A stretch of 64,000 nt of DNA. It comes from Syntrophomonadaceae bacterium (GTDB taxonomy: Bacteria > Bacillota > Dethiobacteria > DTU022). The translations under genes and the position numbers were made by a program. The notes beneath the pieces were generated by a model that did no database searches, was not told where the DNA came from, and saw only the letters and a list, made by a program, of their open reading frames with translations. Positions 44,321-53,356 of this stretch are shown here, in pieces (the stretch's first letter is position 1; every line of letters begins with the position of its first letter). The stretch spans positions 2,894-66,893 of the forward strand of contig PWGX01000003.1 of NCBI GenBank assembly GCA_003554615.1. Direction: 5' to 3'.

Positions 44321-45886
44321 GTGAATTTTGCTTCTTACGGTATTATTAATGCCCACAAATATCCGGAGAAGGATTTCCTAATTGAGTGTAGCCCATCTAA
44401 AAATCAGCGCCGGGTGCTTACCTGGGAAGAATTCAATGATCAGGCCAACCGTGTTGCCAACTATTTGAAAAACCAGTTGGGAATAAAAAAAGACGATTAC
44501 ATTTTGCACCTGCAGATGAACAGCCTTGAATGGATGGTAACCTACCACGCCATTCTCAGGACAGGGGCAGTAGCGGTCCCCCTCAACTTCCGTTTCGCCA
44601 GTTCGGATATCAAGTACGCAGCCGAGGCAAGCAATCCCAAAGCCTTTATCTTAAGCGACGGGTTCCTGGAAAAAGTAGAACCGATCCGGGATGAAATGAA
44701 CACAATTGACTCGTATATCTGTATCGGCGATAACGTCACTGATGGTATGATCCCCTATGCCGAAATCCTGGAACACCCTGAAAACGATGATCTCCTGGTC
44801 AATGTCGACGAAAATGATGCCGCTGAACTAATGTTTACTTCAGGGACTACCGGACCGCCCAAGCCGGTCTGCCAGGCCCACAAAACTTTATACGAAATCG
44901 GGCTCGGGAATGCCCTAACTTATTCGGAAGGACATGAAACAGTATACCTGGCCGCACACCCTCTATATCACAGCGGCAGCCTGTTCCTGTCATTCCCATC
45001 GTACCTGGCCGGCGGCAAGATTGTCCTGCTCCTTGAACTCAGCGATCCCAGATATTTGATTGAAACTATCGCCAATGAAAAGATCAACAATGGCTGGGTT
45101 ACGGTTCCCACCATGTCCGACTCAATCAATGCTATCAAAAAAGGGCAGATTGATATTAACGATTTTGACCTCTCCCATGTAACCGGGAATATTGTCATCG
45201 GCGCCCAACCGGTTCCTTCAGCGCTGTTCAAAGATATGAAAAAACTGCTGCCCTTTAAAACCGGAAACATTTACGGGATCACCGAAGGCGGCGGAGGCGG
45301 CACCTTTAACCTGTATAATGAAGATGTCCTCGACCGCCCGGGATCCATCGGCAAACCTACTTTCAACGTATCTGCCCGCGTGGTCGACGATCACGGTAAC
45401 GATGTTTCGGTGGGAGAAGTCGGTGAGCTGCTGTTAAAAGGCCCACGCAACATGAAAGAATATTTCAAGAACCCGGAAATGACCGCCCGGACCATTAAAG
45501 ATGGTTGGCTGTACACCGGCGATTTGGTCCGGCAGGACGAAGACGGTTATGTTTACATTGCCGACCGGAAAAAAGACTTGATCATCAGGGGCGGTGAAAA
45601 CATCTTCCCGGTAGAAATCGAAGATATTTTACGCCGCAATCCAAAAGTCGCCGACGTAGCAGTGATCGGCTACCCGCACGAACGCTACGTTGAAATAGCA
45701 ATGGCTGTAATCCAGCTTTATCCGGAAGAATCAATGAATGAACAGGAAGTAATCGATTTCTGTAAAGAAGAAGGCCTGGCCCGGTACAAGTGGCCGGAAA
45801 AAATTGTTTTCGACCAGGTCATACGCAATGTTACCGGAAAAATAGACAAGCCCCGCCTGAGAGAAAAATATATCGACGAAAAGTAA
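44321..45886 (+). CDS. AMP-dependent acyl/aryl-CoA ligase
   Basis: ANL superfamily motifs are present (FTSGTTGPPKP, YGITEGGG, GDLVRQDEDGYVYIADRKKD). The GTG at 44321 follows AAAGGAGGG. Confidence 0.8.
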   Translation: MNFASYGIINAHKYPEKDFLIECSPSKNQRRVLTWEEFNDQANRVANYLKNQLGIKKDDYILHLQMNSLEWMVTYHAILRTGAVAVPLNFRFASSDIKYAAEASNPKAFILSDGFLEKVEPIRDEMNTIDSYICIGDNVTDGMIPYAEILEHPENDDLLVNVDENDAAELMFTSGTTGPPKPVCQAHKTLYEIGLGNALTYSEGHETVYLAAHPLYHSGSLFLSFPSYLAGGKIVLLLELSDPRYLIETIANEKINNGWVTVPTMSDSINAIKKGQIDINDFDLSHVTGNIVIGAQPVPSALFKDMKKLLPFKTGNIYGITEGGGGGTFNLYNEDVLDRPGSIGKPTFNVSARVVDDHGNDVSVGEVGELLLKGPRNMKEYFKNPEMTARTIKDGWLYTGDLVRQDEDGYVYIADRKKDLIIRGGENIFPVEIEDILRRNPKVADVAVIGYPHERYVEIAMAVIQLYPEESMNEQEVIDFCKEEGLARYKWPEKIVFDQVIRNVTGKIDKPRLREKYIDEK

Positions 45887-45917
45887 ACCTTATTAAATCC
45901 AAAACCAAGGGGACAGC

Positions 45918-45955
45918 AAATCGGGGCTGCATTAAATGCACCCCCGATTTTTTTA
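45918..45955 (+). terminator. rho-independent terminator (between convergent CoA-ligase genes)
   Basis: Stem AAATCGGGGCTGCAT / ATGCACCCCCGATTT with one mismatch, followed by TTTTTTT. Confidence 0.8.
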
Positions 45956-45988
45956 ATATATCAATGTCCACCTGATACCCTAATACCC

Positions 45989-47575
45989 TTAACTGCCGGT
46001 GTTCCAGCTTCCATATTTTTCACGCAGGACCCGGTGCAGGATTTTTCCAGTAGCTGTAACCGGCATCTCATTTTCTTCAATAAAATCTATTGATTTAGGC
46101 CTTTTGTAACCGGCAATCTTATCCCGGCAGTAATCAATAATTTCCCTGGCAAGCTCTTCGCCCGGATCATAGCCCTCATGAGGAACAATAACCGCCTTCA
46201 CCGCTTCACCCCACTTATCGTCGGGAACTCCAATCACAGCAATATTTTTAACAGCCGGGTGGCCGCCGACCACATTCTCCACCTCGGAAGGGTAAACATT
46301 TTCGCCCCCGGTGATGATCATATTCTGCTTTCGGTCCACCAGGTAATAATAGCCTTCTTCATCCCGGCGCGCCATGTCCCCCGCAGAACACCACTCCCCA
46401 TGAAAAGCCGTTTCAGTTTTCTCTTCGTCCTTCCAGTATTCTTTGAAAACAATAGGCGAACGGCTGAAAAGCTCACCGACCTCTCCGTCAGGCACTTCCT
46501 CCCTGGTGATATCAAGCAATTTAATCCGGTCGGTACCGAATATTTCTCTGCCGATAGATCCAAGCTTGGTAAACTGTTCTTCCGGACGAAGGTAAGTGAC
46601 CAGCCCGGCTTCGGTAGAGCCGTAAGCCTCCCATAGCTCCGCCGACTTGAAATAATCCATGATTGCCAGCTTCAGATCTTTCCTGGCCGGGGCGGATGAT
46701 ATCAACAGCTGCCTCATGCTGCTGACATCGTAATTCTGCTTAACTTCATCCGGCAAGCTGAGGATGGTTATGTAATGCGTTGGCACGAGTGAAGTATAAG
46801 TAATCTTATACTCGGACACTGTTTTTAAGAAATCTTCCGGATCGAAAGTGGTAACATTGTAAACCATGACCGGAGCGGCAAGCAGAGTATAGGCGAAAGA
46901 ATAGTAGATTGAATTGACATGACACATCGGCATAACCAGCAGTATTTTATCTTGCGATCTGACTCCCATGTTAACATTGCTCAGAACATACTGGGCCATA
47001 TAACTTTCATGAGTTCTGACCGCACCCTTTGGTTTGCCGGTTGTCCCCGAAGTGTACATGATCGTCCAGATATCGGCCGCATCGACCATAACTGCCGGCT
47101 CACCGGGCTGACTGTGTTCAATAAACTCTTCGTAGTCAACAAAGCCTTCCGGTTTTTCACCATCACCGATACAAATAAAATTATCTTTGGGGACAGTTTT
47201 TAATTTACTGCTGATGCTGTTAACTCCTTCCACAAATGGAGTTTCGACAATAAAAGCTTTGCATTCGGCATGATTAACAATATACTCATATTCCCGCGGC
47301 GTCAGCCGGAACATAATCGGAACGGCGATCTGGCCTCCTTTGGCACAGGCTGCGTACATTTCCATCCATTCAGCCCGGTTATAGGCCAGTATTGCCACCC
47401 TGTCTCCGTAGCCTACCCCTTTTTCATGGAGTCCATTGGCTATGCGGCAGGCCCTGTCATTCCATTCCCTGAAAGTAAAGCTCTTGTTTTTATCCTGACA
47501 GCCTAAATGATCAGGATAATTAAAAGCATTGCTTTTAAGGAGAGTACCGACGTGCATCCATTTACTCACAGTCAT
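45989..47575 (-). CDS. AMP-dependent acyl/aryl-CoA ligase
   Basis: 528 aa with ANL motifs (YTSGTTGKPKG, YGSTEAG, GDMARRDEEGYYYLVDRKQN). The substrate cannot be read from the sequence. Confidence 0.8.
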   Translation of the reverse strand: MTVSKWMHVGTLLKSNAFNYPDHLGCQDKNKSFTFREWNDRACRIANGLHEKGVGYGDRVAILAYNRAEWMEMYAACAKGGQIAVPIMFRLTPREYEYIVNHAECKAFIVETPFVEGVNSISSKLKTVPKDNFICIGDGEKPEGFVDYEEFIEHSQPGEPAVMVDAADIWTIMYTSGTTGKPKGAVRTHESYMAQYVLSNVNMGVRSQDKILLVMPMCHVNSIYYSFAYTLLAAPVMVYNVTTFDPEDFLKTVSEYKITYTSLVPTHYITILSLPDEVKQNYDVSSMRQLLISSAPARKDLKLAIMDYFKSAELWEAYGSTEAGLVTYLRPEEQFTKLGSIGREIFGTDRIKLLDITREEVPDGEVGELFSRSPIVFKEYWKDEEKTETAFHGEWCSAGDMARRDEEGYYYLVDRKQNMIITGGENVYPSEVENVVGGHPAVKNIAVIGVPDDKWGEAVKAVIVPHEGYDPGEELAREIIDYCRDKIAGYKRPKSIDFIEENEMPVTATGKILHRVLREKYGSWNTGS

Positions 47576-47872
47576 TAAATTCCCACTCCTAATTAAAATT
47601 TTAAATCGATAAATACAGCAAAATGTATGAAAAATCTCTATCGTATATTAATATTTTCTATTCTTCATTATTAAACTTATCCCTTCCCTGTAGGCCCCTA
47701 AAGGCGGTGGTAACCCATTTATCACACTCTAATCAAAAAAATACCTCTTTTAGGTGATAGAAATATGCGCCCAAATTTAATAACATTAAATTTATAAGAA
47801 GAATTTTTTATCTTCCCTTGATATTGTATTTTCAAAAAACAGGCCGTGCTACCCTGAGGAGGAATTGACTTG

Positions 47873-49168
47873 ATGACTTTTTTTGATGAAAAATGGGAAA
47901 CCATGTCCCGGGATGAAATGCAGGAAGTCCAGTTTGAAAAGTTTAAAAAACAGGCCCACCAGGTGTATAAAAATCCCTTTATAAAAAGCCGGTTTGATGA
48001 AAAAGGTCTTCAGCCCGGAGATATTAAAAGCTGGAACGACATTAAAGAGGTCCCATTCATGTCTAAAAACGACTTGAGGGACAACTACCCCACCGGGCTG
48101 ATATCCGGCAACTGGGAAGATGTGGTTCGGGTCCATATGACTTCAGGAACTACCGGTGTGCCTACACCCATGCCTTACAGTCAAAACGACCTCGACATCT
48201 GGACCGCCTGTATGGCCCGCAATTTTACCGCCGGAGGGCTAAAAAAAAGCGATATCATTCAGCAGTCTCACGGCTACGGCCTGTTTACAGGGGGATTTGG
48301 TTTTCATTACGGCCTGGAAACCGTCGGGGCAAAAATTATCCCTACCGGGGCCGGCGGCACAGAAAGACAGCTTCGCTTGATGAAGGAATGGGGAACTACC
48401 GTTTTTACCGGCACCCCCTCTTATGCTGTTTATATTGCGGAATTTGCCGCTGAAAAAGGAATCGACCCGGTAAAAGACCTAAAACTGCGCCTCGGCTTTC
48501 ACGGCGGTGAACCCTGTTCGGATGAATTAAGAGAAAGAATTAATGAACGCCTCGGCTATAAAGCACACGGTGGCGGGATGAGGCGCTGTTACGGGCTTAC
48601 AGAAATGGGCGGGCCAATTGCCATGGATTGCGAGCATGAATGTGGAATTCATATCTGGGGCGATCATTATCTGGTTGAAATCCTGGATCCTGAAACCATG
48701 GAACCGGCTAAAAAAGGAGAACCGGGTGAACTGGTGATCAGCAACCTCAGCTTCGAAGTAATGCCGTTACTACGCTATCGCACCGGGGATCATGTTATAG
48801 CCAGTTTTGAGGAATGCGCATGCAGCCGGACCCATCCCCGCATTACCACTTTCCTGGGCCGGCTCGACGACATGATCCTGGTCGGGGGCACCAATATCTT
48901 CCCCTGCCAGGTGGAATACATTCTGCTAAATCACGCTGAGCTGAGCGAAAACTGGCAGATCGTGGTAGGAGAGAAAAAAGGCCTCCATACCATGAAAATT
49001 GAAATCGAACCGGCCACCTGGACGGATGTTGATGAACATTTTATCGAAGCACTTGAAAAAGAACTTCATCAGCATCTGGCCAAGAAATGTGAAATCGAAA
49101 TAAAACCGATCGGCAGCCTGCCTCGTTTTGAAGGAAAAGCTGTCCGGGTTATAGATCATAGGATTTAA
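47873..49168 (+). CDS. paaK: phenylacetate-CoA ligase family (PaaK/F390 synthetase-like)
   Basis: About 431 aa. The N-terminus (W..MSRDEMQEVQFEKFKKQ...VPFMSKNDLRDNYP) and the motif MTSGTTGVPT are typical of PaaK. Confidence 0.8.
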   Translation: MTFFDEKWETMSRDEMQEVQFEKFKKQAHQVYKNPFIKSRFDEKGLQPGDIKSWNDIKEVPFMSKNDLRDNYPTGLISGNWEDVVRVHMTSGTTGVPTPMPYSQNDLDIWTACMARNFTAGGLKKSDIIQQSHGYGLFTGGFGFHYGLETVGAKIIPTGAGGTERQLRLMKEWGTTVFTGTPSYAVYIAEFAAEKGIDPVKDLKLRLGFHGGEPCSDELRERINERLGYKAHGGGMRRCYGLTEMGGPIAMDCEHECGIHIWGDHYLVEILDPETMEPAKKGEPGELVISNLSFEVMPLLRYRTGDHVIASFEECACSRTHPRITTFLGRLDDMILVGGTNIFPCQVEYILLNHAELSENWQIVVGEKKGLHTMKIEIEPATWTDVDEHFIEALEKELHQHLAKKCEIEIKPIGSLPRFEGKAVRVIDHRI

Positions 49169-49171
49169 TTT

Positions 49172-49250
49172 CAGGGTCTTCAACCGAAGGTGTTAGCCCT
49201 GATTTCACCCTATTTTAACCTTGATTCCATGCTTTTAAGGGATTTTTTTA
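49172..49250 (+). repeat. conserved intergenic element, copy upstream of the DUF35-oah-dch-had operon
   Basis: It starts 4 nt after the paaK stop and has the same core and orientation as the copies at 12106 and 35201. Confidence 0.7.
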
Positions 49251-49474
49251 ACAATTATCTTTCATTAAGCTTAAGGGGAAGGCTAAAAAGGGAAAACACA
49301 AGAGCAGCCGCTGTATTTCAATCTAAACAAACACAATTTCAGTATTTATTATCGATCCACCCGGCCAGTGATGAGCAGGCGGAAACTATACCACAATATA
49401 TATCGGTCCCAGCGCCAAGTCAATAATTTAAGCACGGCAAAGCGGGCAGTTAGTTGCCGGAGGAGGTAAGCAAA

Positions 49475-49888
49475 ATGGGCTTTGAACGTTTTGGAAGGTT
49501 GAGTTTTACATCGCAGACAAAAACAAACGATTTTATCGATTACCTGGAAAAAGGAGATCTTTATGCCACCCGGTGCGAACCGTGTGGTGTCACCTTCTTC
49601 CCACCGCGGGCAGATTGCTGCTCCTGCCTGGAAAATGATCTGGAGTGGGTCAAAATTAACCCGAAGGGCAAATTGATCAGTTTCACCAGGTCATACTTTG
49701 CTCCAACCGGATTTGAAGAAGACGTCCCTTACGTCCTGGCCGTAGCGGAATTTAACGGGACTAAGGTATTTGGCCGGGTCAGGAAAGGATTTACCGAAAA
49801 AGATTTATCGGCCGGGATGGAGATAACAGTAAAACCTATTACTTACCAGGACGGGCAAATCAGTTATGAGTTTGAACCGGTAGCTTAG
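49475..49888 (+). CDS. DUF35 Zn-ribbon/OB-fold protein (BbsA-like thiolase partner)
   Basis: The rubredoxin-like CEPCGVTFFPPRADCCSC is followed by an OB fold. The ATG follows GGAGGAGG. Confidence 0.75.
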   Translation: MGFERFGRLSFTSQTKTNDFIDYLEKGDLYATRCEPCGVTFFPPRADCCSCLENDLEWVKINPKGKLISFTRSYFAPTGFEEDVPYVLAVAEFNGTKVFGRVRKGFTEKDLSAGMEITVKPITYQDGQISYEFEPVA

Positions 49889-50038
49889 GTAACCGGCCTT
49901 TTTGCTGATCTGAAAAATTTTATTTAAAAGGGCATGCCGTCAGTTAGGGGGTGAACAAACAGACTGGCTATTATAACCCGGCACCAAAACCGGGACAAAT
50001 CCAAAGGGAATTAATAATATTTTAGAAGGAGGATTAGC

Positions 50039-51169
50039 ATGGATCTTAACAAGTGGCCTCGCCAGGGAGGCATAGTCGATCACCAGCTTTATGGCGACGA
50101 TTATTTTGGGACGGAGCCTCCCTGTGTCATGTACGAAAAGAAACCGGTTCTGGATTCAGAAGGCAAAGAAGTCGATGGCCTGTATACAGCCTGGGTAACT
50201 TTAAACAATCCCAAACAGCTCAACTCCTATACCACCAACATGGTTAAAGGAGTAATTGCAGGAATGCACAAAGCTTCTATGGACCGTTCCGTGGTGGCCG
50301 TAATCTTTACCGGAGCTGAAGACAGGGCTTTCTGCACCGGCGGCAATACCAAGGAGTACGCCGAATACTACAGCGGCAACCCCAGCGAATACGGCGCCTA
50401 CATGGACCTTTTTAACGGAATGGTCGATTCCATCTTAATGTGTAAAAAACCGGTCATCTGCCGCGTAAACGGAATGCGGGTAGCCGGGGGGCAGGAAATA
50501 GGAATGGCCTGCGATATTACCATTTCTTCCGACCTGGCCATGTTCGGACAGGCCGGCCCCAGGCACGGTTCCGCCCCGGTAGGCGGCTCCACTGACTTTC
50601 TGCCCGTGTACCTGACCATGGAACAGGCCATGTGGAGCTGTATATCCTGTGAGCTGTGGAGTTCCTACAAGATGCTGTACTTAGGTTTAATCTCCAAGGT
50701 AGCCCCGGTCCTTAAAGTAAACGGCGAATTCGTTCGCAACCCCCTGGTTATCACCGACAAATATGTTGAAAACGGAGAAATTGTATACGGGGAACCGGCC
50801 AAACGCGAACAAAAAGACAAGGGCAAAGAAATGCTAAAGTCCGGTGAAACAGACTTCACCCTGCTGGACCAGGAAATTAATAAAGTAGTCTGGACGCTGA
50901 GCAACCTCTTCCCCAACTGCCTGATGATGTCCATTGACGGAATCCGGCAGAAGAAGAAGTTCTTCTGGGATCAGGCCAAGCTTCCCAGCCGCCACTGGCT
51001 GGCTGCCAACATGCAGACTGAAGCATACCTCGGCTTCAATGCCTTCAACACCAAGAAGCTCACCGGTCAGGATACGATCGATTTTATCAAGTACCGTCAG
51101 CTGCTTGCAGAAGCCCATCCTTTCGACCAGGATCTGGTCGATGCGGTAATGGGGGAAAAGCAGGAATAA
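50039..51169 (+). CDS. bamA: 6-oxocyclohex-1-ene-1-carbonyl-CoA hydrolase (ring-opening crotonase)
   Basis: 376-aa long-form crotonase. It contains QLNSYTT and GGQEIGMACD blocks, which I recall as the conserved regions of BamA/Oah. It is adjacent to the dch- and had-like genes. Confidence 0.75.
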   Translation: MDLNKWPRQGGIVDHQLYGDDYFGTEPPCVMYEKKPVLDSEGKEVDGLYTAWVTLNNPKQLNSYTTNMVKGVIAGMHKASMDRSVVAVIFTGAEDRAFCTGGNTKEYAEYYSGNPSEYGAYMDLFNGMVDSILMCKKPVICRVNGMRVAGGQEIGMACDITISSDLAMFGQAGPRHGSAPVGGSTDFLPVYLTMEQAMWSCISCELWSSYKMLYLGLISKVAPVLKVNGEFVRNPLVITDKYVENGEIVYGEPAKREQKDKGKEMLKSGETDFTLLDQEINKVVWTLSNLFPNCLMMSIDGIRQKKKFFWDQAKLPSRHWLAANMQTEAYLGFNAFNTKKLTGQDTIDFIKYRQLLAEAHPFDQDLVDAVMGEKQE

Positions 51170-51314
51170 AAGCCTGCTCAGTTTAAATTAACTGATTACT
51201 GTAAACTAAAAGGTGTTCCCGGAGACAGCGACATTACCATACAACTGCAGCCATGCCCGGGAACACCGCTCCTCCTTGCTCAAGCCTGCGGGAGGCAAAA
51301 AGAGGTGAATTATT

Positions 51315-52079
51315 TTGGCTTATAACTATCTCAATACCACAAGCGAAGACGGAGTTGCCACCATAACTCTTAACCATCCTCCACTTAATGTGTTGAATAT
51401 AGAAATGATGGAGGAATTAATCCAGGCCTTGCATTGGGCCGGTGAACAACCCAACCCCGTCGTAGCAATCACAGGCGAAGGAAAAGCTTTTTCCGCCGGT
51501 GTGGATATAGCCGATCACACCCCGGAAAAAGTCGATTCTATGATCGATGTTTTTGACCGCCTTTTCTTTGCCATGTCTGAAATTAACCAGCCGATCGCCG
51601 CCCTGGTTAACGGAGCGGCACTGGGGGGAGGGTACGAAATTGTTTTATTCTGCGACCTGGTAGTGGCTTCAGAAAAAGCCAAGCTGGGTCAACCGGAAAT
51701 ACAGGTGGGTGTTTTCCCACCGATCGCCTGTTATATACTGCCCAGGCTTGTATCGTGGCCGCTGGCCATGGAAATTCTGTTGAGCGGTGATACATTCGAG
51801 GCAGCAAGAGGAGAGCAAATGGGCCTGGTGAACAAAATAATCTCCGCTGAAAACTTCCAGGTCGAAGCCAAGGACTTTCTTAAACGCTTTACCAAGTTGA
51901 GCCCGGCAGTGCTGGCCCTGACCAAAAAAGCCGCCCTGGCCGGACTGGGTGAAGATTTAAAGGAAGGGCTTAAAGTCATAGACCGGATCTACCTCGACGA
52001 AGTCATGAAAACAGAAGATGCCGTTGAAGGGCTGCAGGCATTCATGGATAAACGCAAACCGGTCTGGAAAGGAAAATAA
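51315..52079 (+). CDS. dch: enoyl-CoA hydratase (candidate cyclohexa-1,5-diene-1-carbonyl-CoA hydratase)
   Basis: 254-aa crotonase (GEGKAFSAGVDI, NGAALGGGYEI). The specific function is assigned from context only. Confidence 0.6.
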   Translation: MAYNYLNTTSEDGVATITLNHPPLNVLNIEMMEELIQALHWAGEQPNPVVAITGEGKAFSAGVDIADHTPEKVDSMIDVFDRLFFAMSEINQPIAALVNGAALGGGYEIVLFCDLVVASEKAKLGQPEIQVGVFPPIACYILPRLVSWPLAMEILLSGDTFEAARGEQMGLVNKIISAENFQVEAKDFLKRFTKLSPAVLALTKKAALAGLGEDLKEGLKVIDRIYLDEVMKTEDAVEGLQAFMDKRKPVWKGK

Positions 52080-52103
52080 TTATGCCAAAGGAGGTTTTAC
52101 CTC

Positions 52104-53171
52104 ATGAGCGTACCGGCAAAAATTGAAACCTGGCAGATGAAAGAACCCGGAACCCTGGAAAAAACCACCATTGATGTGCCGGAACTGCAACCCGGGGAAG
52201 TCCTGGTGGAAATTGCCGGGTGCGGAGTTTGCCATACTGATGTCGGTTATTTTTATGACGGGGTCCCCACTGTCAACGATCCTCCGCTGACCCTGGGTCA
52301 TGAAATCAGCGGAAAAGTCGTTGCCGGTGATGAACACTTAATCGGAAAAGAAGTAATTATCCCGGCGGTTATGCCCTGCAACAAGTGCGATATCTGTGCT
52401 GCAGGCAGGAACAATCGCTGCCTGAAGCAAAAAATGCCCGGCAACAGTATGGGTATCTACGGAGGCTTTTCCAGCCACATCCCGGTCCCATCAGAAGATT
52501 TGTGTGTGGTTGAAGACCGCAAAGGAATGCCCATGGAATACCTTTCGGTTGTAGCCGATGCGATCACATCGCCTTACCAGGCTGCAAAAAGAGCCGATAT
52601 TCAACCAGGAGACAGGGTGGTCATTATCGGGGCCACAGGGGGAATCGGTGTTTACATGACCCAGATTGCCGCCGCCCTGGGAGCTGAAACCGTAATAGCC
52701 ATTGCCAGGAGCAAGGAAAAACTTGAACGCTCCTTAGACTATGGAGCCACCCATACCATCAGCACCCTGGACCAGGGAGTAAAGGATATCAAGAATTCCT
52801 ACAAGGGCTACTGCAAGGAAAACGGCCTGCCCGGGCACGGATGGAAAATATTCGAGTGTTCCGGTTCCAAAATAGGCCAGGAAATCGGCCTCGAATTGCT
52901 TTCTTTTGTCGGAAAGCTCATAGTTGTCGGTTTTGGAATGCACAAGGTAGAATATATGCTTTCCCGGCTGATGGCTTTCGATGCGGAAATTATTGGAACC
53001 TGGGGCTGCCTGCCCCGCTATTACAAGGAAGTTTTGCAGATGATCCTCGATAATAAGATCAAGATTGAACCATTTGTAGAAGTGCGGCCTATGAGCCAGA
53101 TTGAAAAATCGTTTGAAGAATCACATGCCGGAAAGCTGATGAAAAGGGTCATTTTACAGCCTGATTTCTAA
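52104..53171 (+). CDS. had: Zn-dependent alcohol dehydrogenase (candidate 6-hydroxycyclohex-1-ene-1-carbonyl-CoA dehydrogenase)
   Basis: 355-aa MDR family protein (GCGVCHTD, GHEISG, GATGGIG). The specific function is assigned from context only. Confidence 0.6.
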   Translation: MSVPAKIETWQMKEPGTLEKTTIDVPELQPGEVLVEIAGCGVCHTDVGYFYDGVPTVNDPPLTLGHEISGKVVAGDEHLIGKEVIIPAVMPCNKCDICAAGRNNRCLKQKMPGNSMGIYGGFSSHIPVPSEDLCVVEDRKGMPMEYLSVVADAITSPYQAAKRADIQPGDRVVIIGATGGIGVYMTQIAAALGAETVIAIARSKEKLERSLDYGATHTISTLDQGVKDIKNSYKGYCKENGLPGHGWKIFECSGSKIGQEIGLELLSFVGKLIVVGFGMHKVEYMLSRLMAFDAEIIGTWGCLPRYYKEVLQMILDNKIKIEPFVEVRPMSQIEKSFEESHAGKLMKRVILQPDF

Positions 53172-53247
53172 AAAGGTGTTTTTGAACAGGGTGCAAACGA
53201 ACCCGGCCCGGCACCCAACAGGGAGCTTATAAATTCCTGCAGAAAAG

Positions 53248-53293
53248 ATCCCCCTCCCTGTCTGAAGGTAAGGGCCGGGAGGGGATTCTTCTT
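53248..53293 (+). terminator. rho-independent terminator after had
   Basis: Stem GATCCCC(C)TCCC / GGGAGGGGATC with one bulged C and a 17-nt loop, followed by a TTCTTCTT tract. Confidence 0.6.
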
Positions 53294-53356
53294 ACCGCTT
53301 ATACCAACCGAAGAGGTTTAAGCCGGAAGAAGAAAGTTACGGGGAGGCAGATCGAA

